A stretch of DNA of 64,000 nucleotides from Bdellovibrionales bacterium (GTDB lineage: Bacteria; Bdellovibrionota; Bdellovibrionia; Bdellovibrionales; CAYMLA01). The translations under genes were made by a program, and so were the position numbers. How positions within the stretch are numbered: the first letter of the stretch is position 1; each line of letters begins with the position of its first letter. This document shows positions 1 through 11,075 of this stretch, one piece after another. A model generated the notes under the pieces. The model searched no databases, had not been told where the DNA came from, and saw only the letters and a program-made list of their open reading frames with translations. Where the stretch lies: contig OZ244239.1 of assembly GCA_965217115.1 (NCBI GenBank), forward strand, positions 32,001 through 96,000, in the 5' to 3' direction.

Positions 1-606
1 ATTGATTTAAAAAATGCGGTGGACGAATTTGAAAAGTTACAGAGACATTTTGTAAATATCCGTCTGGGCTTGCTCCATGGAAGAATGAAGACGTCTGAAA
101 AAGAAGAGGTGATGAATCGTTTTCGTCATGGGGATTTAGACATTTTGGTGTCAACAACTGTGGTAGAGGTGGGGGTGGATGTTCCCAATGCTAATATCAT
201 TATTATTGAGCATGTGGAGCGTTTTGGTTTGTCTCAGCTGCATCAGTTGCGTGGGCGTGTGGGTCGAGGAGAGCATAGAAGTTACTGCGTGTTGATGTTA
301 GGGCAGAGTTCTTCGCCAGAGGCCAGAGAACGGGCGAGAATCATGGAGAATGCCAGTGATGGATTTAAAATTGCTGAAGCAGATTTAGAGTTACGTGGCC
401 CAGGGGAGTTTTTAGGAACTCGGCAGTCGGGATTAGATGGATTTAAAATGGCTAATTTGGTGCGTGATGTTCTTATTTTACAGGATGCTCGACATGCGGC
501 CTTTGAGGTGATCAGAAGAGATCCAAAATTAGATCTCCCAGATCATAAAGCATTGAAGGCACAGTTTATGGGCCAACAGGGCATTGTTGCGATGGCGACG
601 ACTTAG
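1..606 (+). CDS. recG: ATP-dependent DNA helicase RecG, C-terminal part (5' truncated by window)
   Basis: Motifs LLHGRMK, STTVVEVGVDVPNA, ERFGLSQLHQLRGRVGRG and the TRG motif DLELRGPGEFLGTRQSG. Confidence 0.95.
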   Translation: MDLKNAVDEFEKLQRHFVNIRLGLLHGRMKTSEKEEVMNRFRHGDLDILVSTTVVEVGVDVPNANIIIIEHVERFGLSQLHQLRGRVGRGEHRSYCVLMLGQSSSPEARERARIMENASDGFKIAEADLELRGPGEFLGTRQSGLDGFKMANLVRDVLILQDARHAAFEVIRRDPKLDLPDHKALKAQFMGQQGIVAMATT

Positions 607-988
607 GATTATCTTTAGAGATGTTTAAAGTTAAGTCGCCATGGTATTTGTTATATTAAAAATGTTATTCATGGGCTTTTGCAGCGTGTCTTTTCTTAAA
701 AAAAGATTGTATTTACCCATAAGAATATCTTTTGGTCTAAATTAGAAGAATGAATTCCACCGGTCCTATGTAAATCAATATAAGCTCTCTTAAACTGTTA
801 AAATAAAAGACTTTAATAGAGTTATTCCATTCACCTGCCACAGAGATCTCTCCGCCATAATTATAAAAAAACTGTTACCTTCTGTTAAAGTAAAAGATAA
901 CTTCCATAGATGGTGAGAATTTGTGGAATTTTCACTTCTCTCTTAAGCGCAATCGTGGTTTTCTGTGTACCTTACCGGGGGGGTAACT

Positions 989-3160
989 GTGCATATATTA
1001 TTTTTCATACTGGGTTTGGTACTTACAGGACAGGTCTTTGCGGGGGACACTCTGCGTTTGAAGTCGGGTGATGTTCAAATAAATACTCAATTGAAGACTC
1101 AAATAAAAGTTCAGACAAAGTCTCAATCATCGACATTTACGGTGAAAGAAAATGGAACAATACCTGCGGAGGCGAGATCTGTAAAATTTGATTTTTTCAT
1201 TTTACAGTTTGATCGTGCAGTTACTGAAGCTGATAAGACGAGTCTAAGTGATAAGGGGATAGAGCTGTTTAATTATATTCCCGATGATGCTTTTCTTGTG
1301 AAGGCAAATAGTGCATTGCTTAAAAGAACCCAAAAAGAATTATCCTATATTTCAGGATTTACTCCCTTCCTTGCTGATTACAAAATTAGTGAAGATTTAA
1401 AAACTCAGAGTGTTTTCACTGCAAAGAAGGAGTTAACTCTTCTTGTATCAGTGCTTGAGGAGTCTTTGGCGGAGAAGGTTATCGAGAAAATAGCCCACTT
1501 TCCCAGTGCTAAAGTGGATCGGATGGGTCGCTATTTAGCGGTTAAAGTATCATCTGAGGAGCTTTGGAAACTGGCGCAAATTCAAGGTGTGGAATGGGTT
1601 GAAAACTATCCTGAAATTCAGAATGCTATGATGGACAATTTCCCTCTGGAAGGAGGCGATGGGGTTTCCTTTTCTCTCGGTGATTATACGGATCTTAATG
1701 GATATGAGAGCGGAACTCGTTTGATGGGATTTGAGGAGAGTTGGGAGCATGGTCTTAATGGTCAGAATCAATTGGTTGCCGTTGCTGATACGGGTTTGGA
1801 TTCTGGTAAAAAGGATCAAATTCATTTAGATTTCGGAGATGGAGTTCATTCGGGACATTATTTTGGATTGTGGGCGTCTTCTTGGGAAGATCCTATGGGA
1901 CATGGAACCCATGTGTCTGGTTCGGTCGTTGGTCGCGGTGTCGCCTCTGATGGTCGTATCCGTGGAGGAGCTTACGGGGCGAAATTAGTGGTAGAGGCGA
2001 TGTGGAGTCCAGTAATGAATAATTTGACGGTTCCACCAGAGTTGAAGAAGTTATTTGAACCAGCCTATCAAGACGGTGCCCGTATCCATACGAATTCATG
2101 GGGAACAAGAGGCATGGGTGTTTATAATAACATGTCTGTTCAGGTGGATGATTATATGTGGAACAATCCTGATATGTTGATCCTTTTTTCTGCGGGTAAT
2201 AGCGGAGTGGATATGGATAAGGATGGTCGCATTGATAGTGGTTCAGTGACTCCTCCTGGAACGGCAAAAAATATTTTAACAGTGGGGGCTTCAGAGAATT
2301 TTGTTGAAAGTGGCGGAATTCAGGTCCCTATTAATCGCCTCCGTGGAGCCAGTGAAATTTGGGGAGCGGAGCCTATATCTAGTGATAAGATTTCAGACGA
2401 TCCTAATGGGATTGCCATGTTTAGTTCCCGTGGGCCAACTTTGGATGGAAGAATTAAGCCCGACGTCGTCGCGCCGGGAACCAATATCCTTTCGACCCGC
2501 TCTTACCATAAGGATGCAAGTACTTTATGGGGTGAATACAACAGGGATTATGTTTACTCAGGTGGTACATCTATGTCGACACCACTTGTGGCTGGTGCAG
2601 TGGCTGTATTGCGACAGTATTTACAGGAAGAGCAGGGTGTTGAGAACCCATCTGCGGCGTTGATGAAAGGGCTTATCATGCATACGGCGACGGATTTATT
2701 TCCTGGACAATTTGGAGAAGTTGGTGAGAGCAGGGGTCAGGAGATGCTTCAACGTCGTCCGAACAACGAAGAAGGCTATGGGCTGGTTGATATCAATAAA
2801 GCGACATCTTTAAGTGACACCTATTTTATGGATGAAAAAACAGGTTTAGCTCAAGGTAAAGTTGATGAGTATGGGTTGAATATTCAAGGTGGTTCTTTGC
2901 AGGTGACTCTTGTATACACGGATGCGCCAGGTGCCCCGAATGCGAGTGTGGCTTTAGTTAATGATTTGAATCTTGAGCTGGTTGCTACTAATGGAAGTAT
3001 TTTTAAGAGTGAGAGTCGTGTGAATAATTCCGAAACTATGGAGTTCAACGATGTCCCCAAAGGTAGGTATATTGTTCGTGTTCGTGGTTATCGAGTTCCC
3101 CAGGGACGTAATGGTTCACAGCCTTACGCATTATTAGTAACAGGGAAGATAGTTAGATAA
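989..3160 (+). CDS. Secreted S8 (subtilisin-like) serine protease with propeptide and C-terminal beta-sandwich domain
   Basis: Triad motifs VADTGLD, HGTHVSG, SGGTSMSTP; signal peptide; GTG at 989 follows a G-rich RBS (ORF track starts at 965). Confidence 0.9.
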   Translation: MHILFFILGLVLTGQVFAGDTLRLKSGDVQINTQLKTQIKVQTKSQSSTFTVKENGTIPAEARSVKFDFFILQFDRAVTEADKTSLSDKGIELFNYIPDDAFLVKANSALLKRTQKELSYISGFTPFLADYKISEDLKTQSVFTAKKELTLLVSVLEESLAEKVIEKIAHFPSAKVDRMGRYLAVKVSSEELWKLAQIQGVEWVENYPEIQNAMMDNFPLEGGDGVSFSLGDYTDLNGYESGTRLMGFEESWEHGLNGQNQLVAVADTGLDSGKKDQIHLDFGDGVHSGHYFGLWASSWEDPMGHGTHVSGSVVGRGVASDGRIRGGAYGAKLVVEAMWSPVMNNLTVPPELKKLFEPAYQDGARIHTNSWGTRGMGVYNNMSVQVDDYMWNNPDMLILFSAGNSGVDMDKDGRIDSGSVTPPGTAKNILTVGASENFVESGGIQVPINRLRGASEIWGAEPISSDKISDDPNGIAMFSSRGPTLDGRIKPDVVAPGTNILSTRSYHKDASTLWGEYNRDYVYSGGTSMSTPLVAGAVAVLRQYLQEEQGVENPSAALMKGLIMHTATDLFPGQFGEVGESRGQEMLQRRPNNEEGYGLVDINKATSLSDTYFMDEKTGLAQGKVDEYGLNIQGGSLQVTLVYTDAPGAPNASVALVNDLNLELVATNGSIFKSESRVNNSETMEFNDVPKGRYIVRVRGYRVPQGRNGSQPYALLVTGKIVR

Positions 3161-3193
3161 TTTTCCCAGGGGTTATTTTTAGTACTTCTTACT

Positions 3194-3221
3194 AAGAGAG
3201 CTTTATGCTCTCTTTTATTTT
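3194..3221 (+). terminator. Intrinsic terminator after the S8 protease gene
   Basis: AAGAGAGC-tttat-GCTCTCTT stem followed by a T-rich tail. Confidence 0.65.
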
Positions 3222-3269
3222 GGGAAAGATTACATAGAGACACGGGCTATCATTGGATAACCCTAGTTA

Positions 3270-3282
3270 TATCAATAACTTA
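3270..3282 (+). promoter_or_regulatory. Possible IHF-binding site upstream of carD
   Basis: TATCAA-TAAC-TTA matches WATCAA-N4-TTR; short motif that could occur by chance. Confidence 0.25.
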
Positions 3283-3400
3283 CAGGTTATGTGAATTTTT
3301 CAGAGTTTGTCTCCTCGTTTTTGTTACGTTGAGTCGCCTCAGAATAAATGTTATAAGGGTGGGAGTCTTGCTGGGTTGGTTCTCTTAAAGAGGAGGGAAA

Positions 3401-3886
3401 ATGACATTTCAGATTGGGGAAAATGCAGTTTATCCAGGTCACGGTGTTGGTGAGGTGATAGCCATTGAAGAGAAAAATATAATGGGACAGAACAAGAACT
3501 TCTATTCCATTCGTATTGTTGAGAGTGGAATGAAAATCTTGGTTCCTACGGATAATGTGCGTTCCGTTGGCTTGAGGCCTATCATAACTCAAGATGAAGC
3601 CACTAAAGTTATTTCTATTCTACAGCAAAAAGATGTAAAAATAGACAATCAGACTTGGAATCGTCGTTATCGTGAGTACATGGAGAAAATCAAAACAGGA
3701 TCAGTTTTTGAGATTGCTGAAGTTCTACGTGATTTGTATATTTTAAAGAGAGATAAAGAATTGAGTTTTGGAGAGCGTAAGATGCTTGATACAGCCCGTT
3801 CTCTGTTGTTTAAGGAATTAACTTTAGCGACAACCCAAGAAGAGTTATCTCGACCTGAAGTCTCTGATATCTTTGCGACCTCCTAA
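3401..3886 (+). CDS. carD: CarD/CdnL family transcription factor
   Basis: F.IGE.AVYPGHGVG, GLRPII, WNRRYRE, LSFGERKML; RBS GAGGAGG. Confidence 0.92.
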   Translation: MTFQIGENAVYPGHGVGEVIAIEEKNIMGQNKNFYSIRIVESGMKILVPTDNVRSVGLRPIITQDEATKVISILQQKDVKIDNQTWNRRYREYMEKIKTGSVFEIAEVLRDLYILKRDKELSFGERKMLDTARSLLFKELTLATTQEELSRPEVSDIFATS

Positions 3887-4054
3887 ACCACTGCACGATA
3901 CCCATTTGATGGGCTGTTATTTTTAACGAGCTTATTTTTTGGACTATTATTATAGGTTCCCTTTCTTTTTTAGTTTAATCCAGATTTAAAAACGTCTCTC
4001 TTTGCCCAAATCCTTTGAGCATGATACCCTGTCGTTTTCAGTTGGGGTTGTTTT

Positions 4055-5548
4055 ATGTCTTCTGTTCATCATGATGTTCGTGTGCGTTTTGCACCAAGTC
4101 CGACGGGTTATCTTCATGTAGGTGGCGCGCGCACGGCTTTGTATAATTATCTCTTTGCAAAACATCACGGAGGGACTTTTGTTCTTCGTGTGGATGATAC
4201 GGACGAGGCTCGTAGCACTGAAGAATCATTAAAAATACAAATTCAGGACTTACAGTGGCTGGGTCTTGAGTGGGATGAAGGTGTTGATGGAAGTACTTTA
4301 GAGGATAATGGAGACAATGGGCCCTACAGACAAAGTCGGCGCAAAGAAATTTATCAGAAACACGCCCAAGAACTTATCGATAGAGGTTTGGCCTATTATT
4401 GTTTTTTAACGGATGGGGAGACTGGGAAATTAAGAGAGCAATCCAAAGAGAAAAACAAGGGAGAGGCTGGCTCCTTTCATATTGAGTCTCCCTATCGAGA
4501 ACAGCCTCTAGAGAAAGCTTTAGTAAAGATTAAGAACGGTGAGAAGCCTACAGTTCGTTTTAAAGTTCCTAAGGATAGGAAAGAAATTGTTTTAAACGAC
4601 TTGGTCAGAGGTAAGGTGACATTTCCAGCAGATATGGTGGGGGATTTCGTAATTTTGCGTTCAGGGGGAATGCCTGTCTATAATTTTTGCTGTGCTATTG
4701 ATGATGCTTTGATGAATATATCCCATGTCTTTCGTGCAGAAGAGCATCTTAATAATACTCCTCGACAAATGATGATTTACGAAGCTTTTGACTACAGGTT
4801 GCCACAGTTTGGGCATATTTCGATTATTTTGGGAGCTGACAAACAAAAACTGAGTAAACGTCACGGGGCGACCAGTTGCCATGAGTACAGTGAACGAGGT
4901 TTTTTACCAGAAGCTTTGAATAACTTCATAGCTCTTTTAGGTTGGAGTTCTTCGAGTGAAGAGGAGATACTCTCCATCGAACAAATGACAAAAGAGTTTA
5001 GTACTGATCGTTTAAATCCTTCTGCAGCCGTTTTTGATGAGGTGAAATTAAAATGGATGAATGGGGTTCATCTGCGTTCTTTGGATGATGATGATTTATG
5101 GCAGAGGATTGAGCCCATCTTATTAGATGCAGGTATTGAATTAAACACTGACACTGTATTTAGAGGGCGGGCGCTGGAGGCCTTTAAAACTAAGATGGAA
5201 GTTTTAAATGACTGCGTGGAGTTGTTTCGACCTCTGAGTGATAGGTCTTTTAAAATCAGTGATGAATCACAAGAGATACTGGCTTGGGAAAAGACAAAGC
5301 CCCTTTTGGAGTTTTGGAAATCTTATTTACAGTCGTTTACATCGGACTACATCTCAGGTGAAGACTTTTCGAAGGTCTTTGATAAAATTAAAGAAAAAGT
5401 GGGAGTTAAGGGGAAGCAGCTCTTCATGCCCATACGAGTGGCAATTATTGGTCAGCCCCATGGTGCAGATTTGCAAAAATTAGTACCGCTTCTCCATAAA
5501 AAGTCTATGCTAGATAGAGTGGAGATATGTCTCTCTAAATTAGCTTAA
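4055..5548 (+). CDS. gltX: Glutamate--tRNA ligase
   Basis: VRVRFAPSPTGYLHVGG (HIGH motif) and KLSKR. Confidence 0.95.
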   Translation: MSSVHHDVRVRFAPSPTGYLHVGGARTALYNYLFAKHHGGTFVLRVDDTDEARSTEESLKIQIQDLQWLGLEWDEGVDGSTLEDNGDNGPYRQSRRKEIYQKHAQELIDRGLAYYCFLTDGETGKLREQSKEKNKGEAGSFHIESPYREQPLEKALVKIKNGEKPTVRFKVPKDRKEIVLNDLVRGKVTFPADMVGDFVILRSGGMPVYNFCCAIDDALMNISHVFRAEEHLNNTPRQMMIYEAFDYRLPQFGHISIILGADKQKLSKRHGATSCHEYSERGFLPEALNNFIALLGWSSSSEEEILSIEQMTKEFSTDRLNPSAAVFDEVKLKWMNGVHLRSLDDDDLWQRIEPILLDAGIELNTDTVFRGRALEAFKTKMEVLNDCVELFRPLSDRSFKISDESQEILAWEKTKPLLEFWKSYLQSFTSDYISGEDFSKVFDKIKEKVGVKGKQLFMPIRVAIIGQPHGADLQKLVPLLHKKSMLDRVEICLSKLA

Positions 5549-5575
5549 CTGGTCAGGAACCTTAATTTTTTTAAA

Positions 5576-7054
5576 ATGGATGAAATAAAGATGAGTATTC
5601 GTATATACAATACGCTGACACAGAAGAAAGAAGAGTTTAAAACTATAGAAGAGAATAAGGTAAGAATGTATGTCTGCGGGCCTACGGTTTATGGACTTCT
5701 GCACGTAGGGAATTTTCGTGGAGCGATATTTTTTAATGTGGTTCGTAATTGGTTAGAGCTATGTGGTTATGAAGTGGAATATGCATATAATTACACGGAC
5801 GTTGATGACAAAATTATTAATCGCGCTAACGATGAGGGGTGTTCTTCTAAAGACATTTCTGAGAAGTACATTGCTGAGTTTGAAAAAGATTACGCAGTTC
5901 TTGGTTTAAAGGCCCATAGTAAGAACCCCAGGGTGACTGAGCACATGGATAATATTATTTCTATGGTTGAGAAATTGATTGCTAATGGGAATGGGTATGT
6001 GACCTCTAAAGGAGAGGTTTTATACTCTATTGATAGTTTTGCAGAGTATGGAAAACTAAGCCGGCGTAACACTGAGGATTCAATTGCGGGGGTTAGGGTA
6101 GAAGTGGATGAAGATAAGAAGAATCCCCCGGATTTTGTCTTGTGGAAGCCAGCTAAGCCAGGGGAGCCGAGTTGGGATTCACCTTGGTGTAAGGGTCGTC
6201 CAGGATGGCATATTGAGTGCTCTGCCATGAATCGTGCGATTTTTGGTGACACTATTGATATTCATGGTGGAGGGGCTGATCTTATCTTTCCCCACCATGA
6301 AAATGAAATAGCCCAGAGTGAGGGCTGCAGTGGGCAGACTTTTGCCCGTTATTGGATGCACAATAACATGATTACCTTTGGTGGTCAGAAGATGAGCAAA
6401 TCTTCGGGAAATATAAGAACAGCTCGATCTTTTTTAGAAGAATATAATGCAGAGATATTAAAATATCTTCTCTTGTCTGTTCAATACCGATCTTTGAGTG
6501 ATTTTTCACAGAAAGCCATTGAGAATACTATTGTTGGTTTGGGGAGAGTTTACTCCTCTCTATCAGTGGCGCGGTCTTATCTTAGAGAAGATGTGGCAGA
6601 GGTGGAGCCTGACAAAGACTTTGTGGAGGTATTGAAAAAAGGCTGGCAAGGTGTGGAGAGATCATTTAACGATGATTTCAATACGGCTCTTGTGATGGGT
6701 AAAATATTTGAAGTGGTGAGGCATTTTAATCATACCTTGCCTCGTGGGAAGAAAGTCAATGCCCCCCATAAAGCTATAGCCAAGGCATTTATAGATTGGG
6801 TTCAAAGGGTGGGAAGCCTTTTGTCACTCTTTGAACAGGATGCTGATAATTACTTGCGGCTTCTTGATGAGATGCTTTTACGTCAAAAAGGTATTGATAA
6901 GAAGGACGTGGAATCCCTCGTAGAGCAGAGAGATAAAGCTCGTGCGGCAAAGGACTTTTCTAAGGCAGATGATGTTCGTGATCGTCTCTTAGAGTTAGGC
7001 ATAGCTATTTTGGACACTCCTCAGGGGACAAGATGGGAAATGGAGAAGAAGTAG
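5576..7054 (+). CDS. cysS: Cysteine--tRNA ligase (start may be ATG 5591)
   Basis: [44 protein letters not shown]. Confidence 0.96.
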   Translation: MDEIKMSIRIYNTLTQKKEEFKTIEENKVRMYVCGPTVYGLLHVGNFRGAIFFNVVRNWLELCGYEVEYAYNYTDVDDKIINRANDEGCSSKDISEKYIAEFEKDYAVLGLKAHSKNPRVTEHMDNIISMVEKLIANGNGYVTSKGEVLYSIDSFAEYGKLSRRNTEDSIAGVRVEVDEDKKNPPDFVLWKPAKPGEPSWDSPWCKGRPGWHIECSAMNRAIFGDTIDIHGGGADLIFPHHENEIAQSEGCSGQTFARYWMHNNMITFGGQKMSKSSGNIRTARSFLEEYNAEILKYLLLSVQYRSLSDFSQKAIENTIVGLGRVYSSLSVARSYLREDVAEVEPDKDFVEVLKKGWQGVERSFNDDFNTALVMGKIFEVVRHFNHTLPRGKKVNAPHKAIAKAFIDWVQRVGSLLSLFEQDADNYLRLLDEMLLRQKGIDKKDVESLVEQRDKARAAKDFSKADDVRDRLLELGIAILDTPQGTRWEMEKK

Positions 7055-9105
7055 AAAAAGAGCAAAGAAGAGAAGTGAATAAAAAGCGTTTCCGTTTAAA
7101 ATCAGAGTTTTCTCCTGCCGGAGATCAGTCACAAGCCATTGAACAGTTGTCGAAGAATATTACAAATGGTCTTGAGCATCAAGTTCTGCTGGGGGTGACA
7201 GGTTCTGGTAAGACTTTTACCATGGCCAATGTTATTGAGGAGACACAACTCCCGGCATTGATATTAGCACCTAATAAGACTCTAGCGGCTCAGTTGTATG
7301 CCGAGTTTAAGGATCTGTTTCCTGACAATGCGGTGGAGTATTTTGTTTCCTATTATGATTATTATCAACCAGAGGCCTACCTTCCATCGACGGATACTTT
7401 TATTGAGAAGGATTCAGCTATTAATGAACAAATCGATCTTATGCGGCACTCGGCAACACGATCTTTATTTGAGCGCTCTGATGTTATTATTGTCAGTAGT
7501 GTGTCATGTATCTACGGTCTAGGAAGCCCCAAAGAATATGCCGACATGACCATTGAGCTAAAAAACAATGGGAAAGTTCGTCGAGATAGTTTTTTAAGAG
7601 AGTTAGTACAGATTCAATACAAGCGCAGTGATATAGATTTCCATCGAGGAACGTTTCGAGTTAGAGGAGACACGGTAGAGCTTTACCCAGCCTATGAAGA
7701 TCGTCGTTCACTGCGAATAGAGTTCTTTGGAGATTATATTGATAGAATTTCTTGGGTGGACCCATTGACGGGGCAAGTCGTCGATGAAGTCAAAGAGGTT
7801 GTGATCTATCCAGGAAGTCATCATGTTACGGGAAAGGAAAAACTAAAGATAGCTATTTCCACTATTCAAGAGGAGCTTCGACACCGTTTACAAGATTTAA
7901 ACAACAGTGCAAAATTATCTGAGGCACAGCGGTTGGAACAAAGAACCTATTATGACATTGAAATATTAGAGGAGATGGGCTTCTGCTCAGGTATTGAGAA
8001 TTATTCACGTCACTTGACAGGTCGTAGAGAGGGGCAGCCGCCACCGACGTTGTTAGATTATTTTCCTAAAGAGTTTATAACTGTTCTTGATGAAAGTCAT
8101 TTAATGGTTCCTCAATTGGGGGCTATGTATAGAGGGGATCGATCGCGTAAGACAACGTTGGTAGAACATGGTTTTCGCTTACCATCGGCTTTAGACAATC
8201 GGCCTTTGAATTTTTCTGAAGTTGAAGAGATGTTAGATAAAGTAGTTTACGTTTCTGCAACTCCTAGCGCCTATGAATTAGAAAAAAGTGAAGGTTTTGT
8301 TGTAGAGCAGTTAATTCGCCCGACAGGTCTTTTAGACCCAGTTGTCGAAGTGCGGCCAGCTCGGCATCAGGTGGATGATATTTTAAAGGAAGCCAGAATT
8401 AGGGTTGAGAGGAAAGAGAGGGTTCTAATAACAACTTTGACTAAAAAGAGTGCTGAGGATTTGACAGAGTATCTAGAATCATTGCAAGTGAAGGTGAAAT
8501 ACCTGCACAGTGATGTAAAAACGATGGAGCGTTCGGAAATTATTCGTGATCTACGTTTAGGAGTGTTTGATGTTCTTGTGGGAATTAACCTTTTACGAGA
8601 AGGGTTAGATATTCCAGAAGTGAGCTTGGTGGCAATCACCGATGCTGATAAAGAGGGCTTCTTGCGTTCGGAGAGATCTTTGATTCAGACGATAGGTCGT
8701 GCGGCACGAAATGTTGATGGTCGAGTGATTCTCTATGCTGATCGTGTGACGAATTCTATGGAGAGAGCCATGGATGAGACAGGCCGTCGTCGTCAGACTC
8801 AGGATGAATTTAATAAAAAAAATGGAATCATTCCACAGACGATTAAAAAATCTGTGCGTGATGGGTTGATGGAAATTTATCAGCAGGAGTATGAGAGTTT
8901 AGCCACAGGTGTGGATTCTTTAGTGGCAACATCAAGGGTTGAGTATTTAGCTTCTCCTGAAAAAATACCTAAAGAGATCGGTAAGCTGCGTAAAAAAATG
9001 GGAAAGTTAGCTGAAAAATTAGAGTTTGAGGAGGCGGCAAAGGTTCGTGATCAGATAAAGAGGCTGGAATTAATGGAGCTTGCTGGCTTTGAGGGGCGCT
9101 TGTAA
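7033..9105 (+). CDS. uvrB: Excinuclease ABC subunit B (true start probably slightly downstream, e.g. GTG 7075)
   Basis: [42 protein letters not shown]-terminal UVR domain. Confidence 0.96.
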   Translation: MGNGEEVEKEQRREVNKKRFRLKSEFSPAGDQSQAIEQLSKNITNGLEHQVLLGVTGSGKTFTMANVIEETQLPALILAPNKTLAAQLYAEFKDLFPDNAVEYFVSYYDYYQPEAYLPSTDTFIEKDSAINEQIDLMRHSATRSLFERSDVIIVSSVSCIYGLGSPKEYADMTIELKNNGKVRRDSFLRELVQIQYKRSDIDFHRGTFRVRGDTVELYPAYEDRRSLRIEFFGDYIDRISWVDPLTGQVVDEVKEVVIYPGSHHVTGKEKLKIAISTIQEELRHRLQDLNNSAKLSEAQRLEQRTYYDIEILEEMGFCSGIENYSRHLTGRREGQPPPTLLDYFPKEFITVLDESHLMVPQLGAMYRGDRSRKTTLVEHGFRLPSALDNRPLNFSEVEEMLDKVVYVSATPSAYELEKSEGFVVEQLIRPTGLLDPVVEVRPARHQVDDILKEARIRVERKERVLITTLTKKSAEDLTEYLESLQVKVKYLHSDVKTMERSEIIRDLRLGVFDVLVGINLLREGLDIPEVSLVAITDADKEGFLRSERSLIQTIGRAARNVDGRVILYADRVTNSMERAMDETGRRRQTQDEFNKKNGIIPQTIKKSVRDGLMEIYQQEYESLATGVDSLVATSRVEYLASPEKIPKEIGKLRKKMGKLAEKLEFEEAAKVRDQIKRLELMELAGFEGRL

Positions 9106-11060
9106 TGACTCAACGCAGAGAGGAGCTTCGTCAGAAGGTTAGAGAGTTCCCTCTCTCTTCAGGTGTATATCTGATGAAAAGTCGTAACGAGAAAATCATT
9201 TATATCGGGAAGGCAAAGAATTTGCGTCATCGAGTGAGAAGTTACCTCTCAGAGAGCAAGGACCAATCAACGAAAACTCAGTTTTTGGTGAAGAATATAT
9301 ACTTTATCGACTACATAATTACCAAAACTGAGGTGGAGGCTTTTTTATTAGAGGCTTCTTTAATAAAAAAACATCGTCCTCGTTATAATATTCGCTTAAA
9401 GGATGATAAGGGTTATCCTTATATTCGATTTTCTCTGTCCCATGATCATCCCCGTCTCTATTTGTCTCGAAAGGTTAGAAATGATGGAAGTTTATATTTT
9501 GGCCCCTATGCCAATGGTTATGCGGTGAGGGGGGTGATTAAATTTCTTAATAGTGTTTTTAAAATTCGTGATTGTCGAGACAGTCTCTTTAAAAACCGTG
9601 TGCGTCCTTGTTTGACTTATGAGATAGGTCGTTGCATGGCGCCTTGCATGACTCTCTGTACAACAGACAGTGGGGAGTTGGATAAAACCTCTTCAACCGA
9701 ATTTATTTCTAAAGAAGGTTATCTTCGAAATGTAGAAAGGGCATTGGTTTTCCTTAAAGGAGATACGGATCAAGTGATCCAGGAACTAATAAAGAGGATG
9801 AATGACTCCTCTGAGCAGGAACATTTTGAGTTAGCGGCTCGTTATAGGGACTCAGTGAAATCTATTGAAGCGATTTTAGAGAAGCAGTCTATTATTGATT
9901 TATCAGATAAGGTGAACAGGGATGTTATTGGCTTTTATAGTTATTCCGACCCCCATTCGAGCAGTTACGAGGCAGGTGCCGGAACCTTGATCACGACGCT
10001 TCATGTTCGTTCAGGAAGAGTTTTGGGTTTACGGTCCCACTATTTACCTGTTTTAGATGGAACTCGTGAGGACCCTCGCGATTGGTTGGTGTCATTTATA
10101 AATCAATACTATGAAGATAATATTATACCCAAAGAAATTTTATTGCCTGTGGATTTAGGTAGGGACTTATTTTTGCTCTTACAGAATGTTCTCTTTGAAA
10201 GATGCCAGAGAGAAGTTAAGGTCGGTTTTCCCACTCGGGGGATAGGACAAGACTTATTACTAATGGCCAATGAGAATGCAAAAAGTCGTTACGAAGATTA
10301 CGTCAACAAGTCTCGAAAAAAATTAGAAGCGTTAGAATTGATACGCAAAAAATTTCATTTAAAAGAGTTGCCCATACGGATTGAATGTTTTGATATCTCC
10401 CATTTTCAAGGAAGTGAGACGGTGGCTAGTCAGGTGGTCTTTGAAGAGGGTGTGCCGAGTAAAGATCACTATCGCCGTTATCGTTTGAGAACAGTTGAGG
10501 GTATTGATGATTATAAGTCCATGGAAGAGGTTTTAAGAAGACGTTTTAAACACACAGATTATGATGACCCTCAGTTATTGGTGGTTGATGGTGGAAAGGG
10601 ACAATTATCTGTGGCAGTAAAAATTTTAAAAGAAATAGGGCAACAGGAAGTACCTGTTGTGGGCTTGGCTAAGGCACGGGTAGAGAGGGGCTTTCAAACG
10701 ACAGAGGTGAAGGGGACACAGGAGAGATTTTTTCTCCCAGGGCGTCAAAATCCTGTGGTGTTCTCTGAAAACTCCACCGCTTTTCAAATTTTGGTGGGTA
10801 TTCGTGATGAGGCCCATCGTTTTGCTGTGGCTTATCATCGCCGATTGCGTGAAAGCAGTAGCTTAGAGAGTGAATTGGATGTAATTTCTGGTTTGGGAGA
10901 AAAAAGAAAAAAGATCCTTCTTGAAAAATTTAATTCAGTGGAGGAACTTAAGCAGGCTGATGTGGAGGCGATTGAATCTTTGTCGAGTTTTAATAGGAGA
11001 TTGGCTGAACATGTCTTAGGGTGTTTGCATGAGACTCAAGAGTCCAAAGAGCAGGTCTAA
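9105..11060 (+). CDS. uvrC: Excinuclease ABC subunit C
   Basis: GIY-YIG (GVYLMK...IYIGKAKNL), Cys cluster, IECFDISH, VDGGKGQ, RDEAHRFA, HhH region. Confidence 0.95.
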   Translation: MTQRREELRQKVREFPLSSGVYLMKSRNEKIIYIGKAKNLRHRVRSYLSESKDQSTKTQFLVKNIYFIDYIITKTEVEAFLLEASLIKKHRPRYNIRLKDDKGYPYIRFSLSHDHPRLYLSRKVRNDGSLYFGPYANGYAVRGVIKFLNSVFKIRDCRDSLFKNRVRPCLTYEIGRCMAPCMTLCTTDSGELDKTSSTEFISKEGYLRNVERALVFLKGDTDQVIQELIKRMNDSSEQEHFELAARYRDSVKSIEAILEKQSIIDLSDKVNRDVIGFYSYSDPHSSSYEAGAGTLITTLHVRSGRVLGLRSHYLPVLDGTREDPRDWLVSFINQYYEDNIIPKEILLPVDLGRDLFLLLQNVLFERCQREVKVGFPTRGIGQDLLLMANENAKSRYEDYVNKSRKKLEALELIRKKFHLKELPIRIECFDISHFQGSETVASQVVFEEGVPSKDHYRRYRLRTVEGIDDYKSMEEVLRRRFKHTDYDDPQLLVVDGGKGQLSVAVKILKEIGQQEVPVVGLAKARVERGFQTTEVKGTQERFFLPGRQNPVVFSENSTAFQILVGIRDEAHRFAVAYHRRLRESSSLESELDVISGLGEKRKKILLEKFNSVEELKQADVEAIESLSSFNRRLAEHVLGCLHETQESKEQV

Positions 11061-11075
11061 ATGGAGAGAATCTAG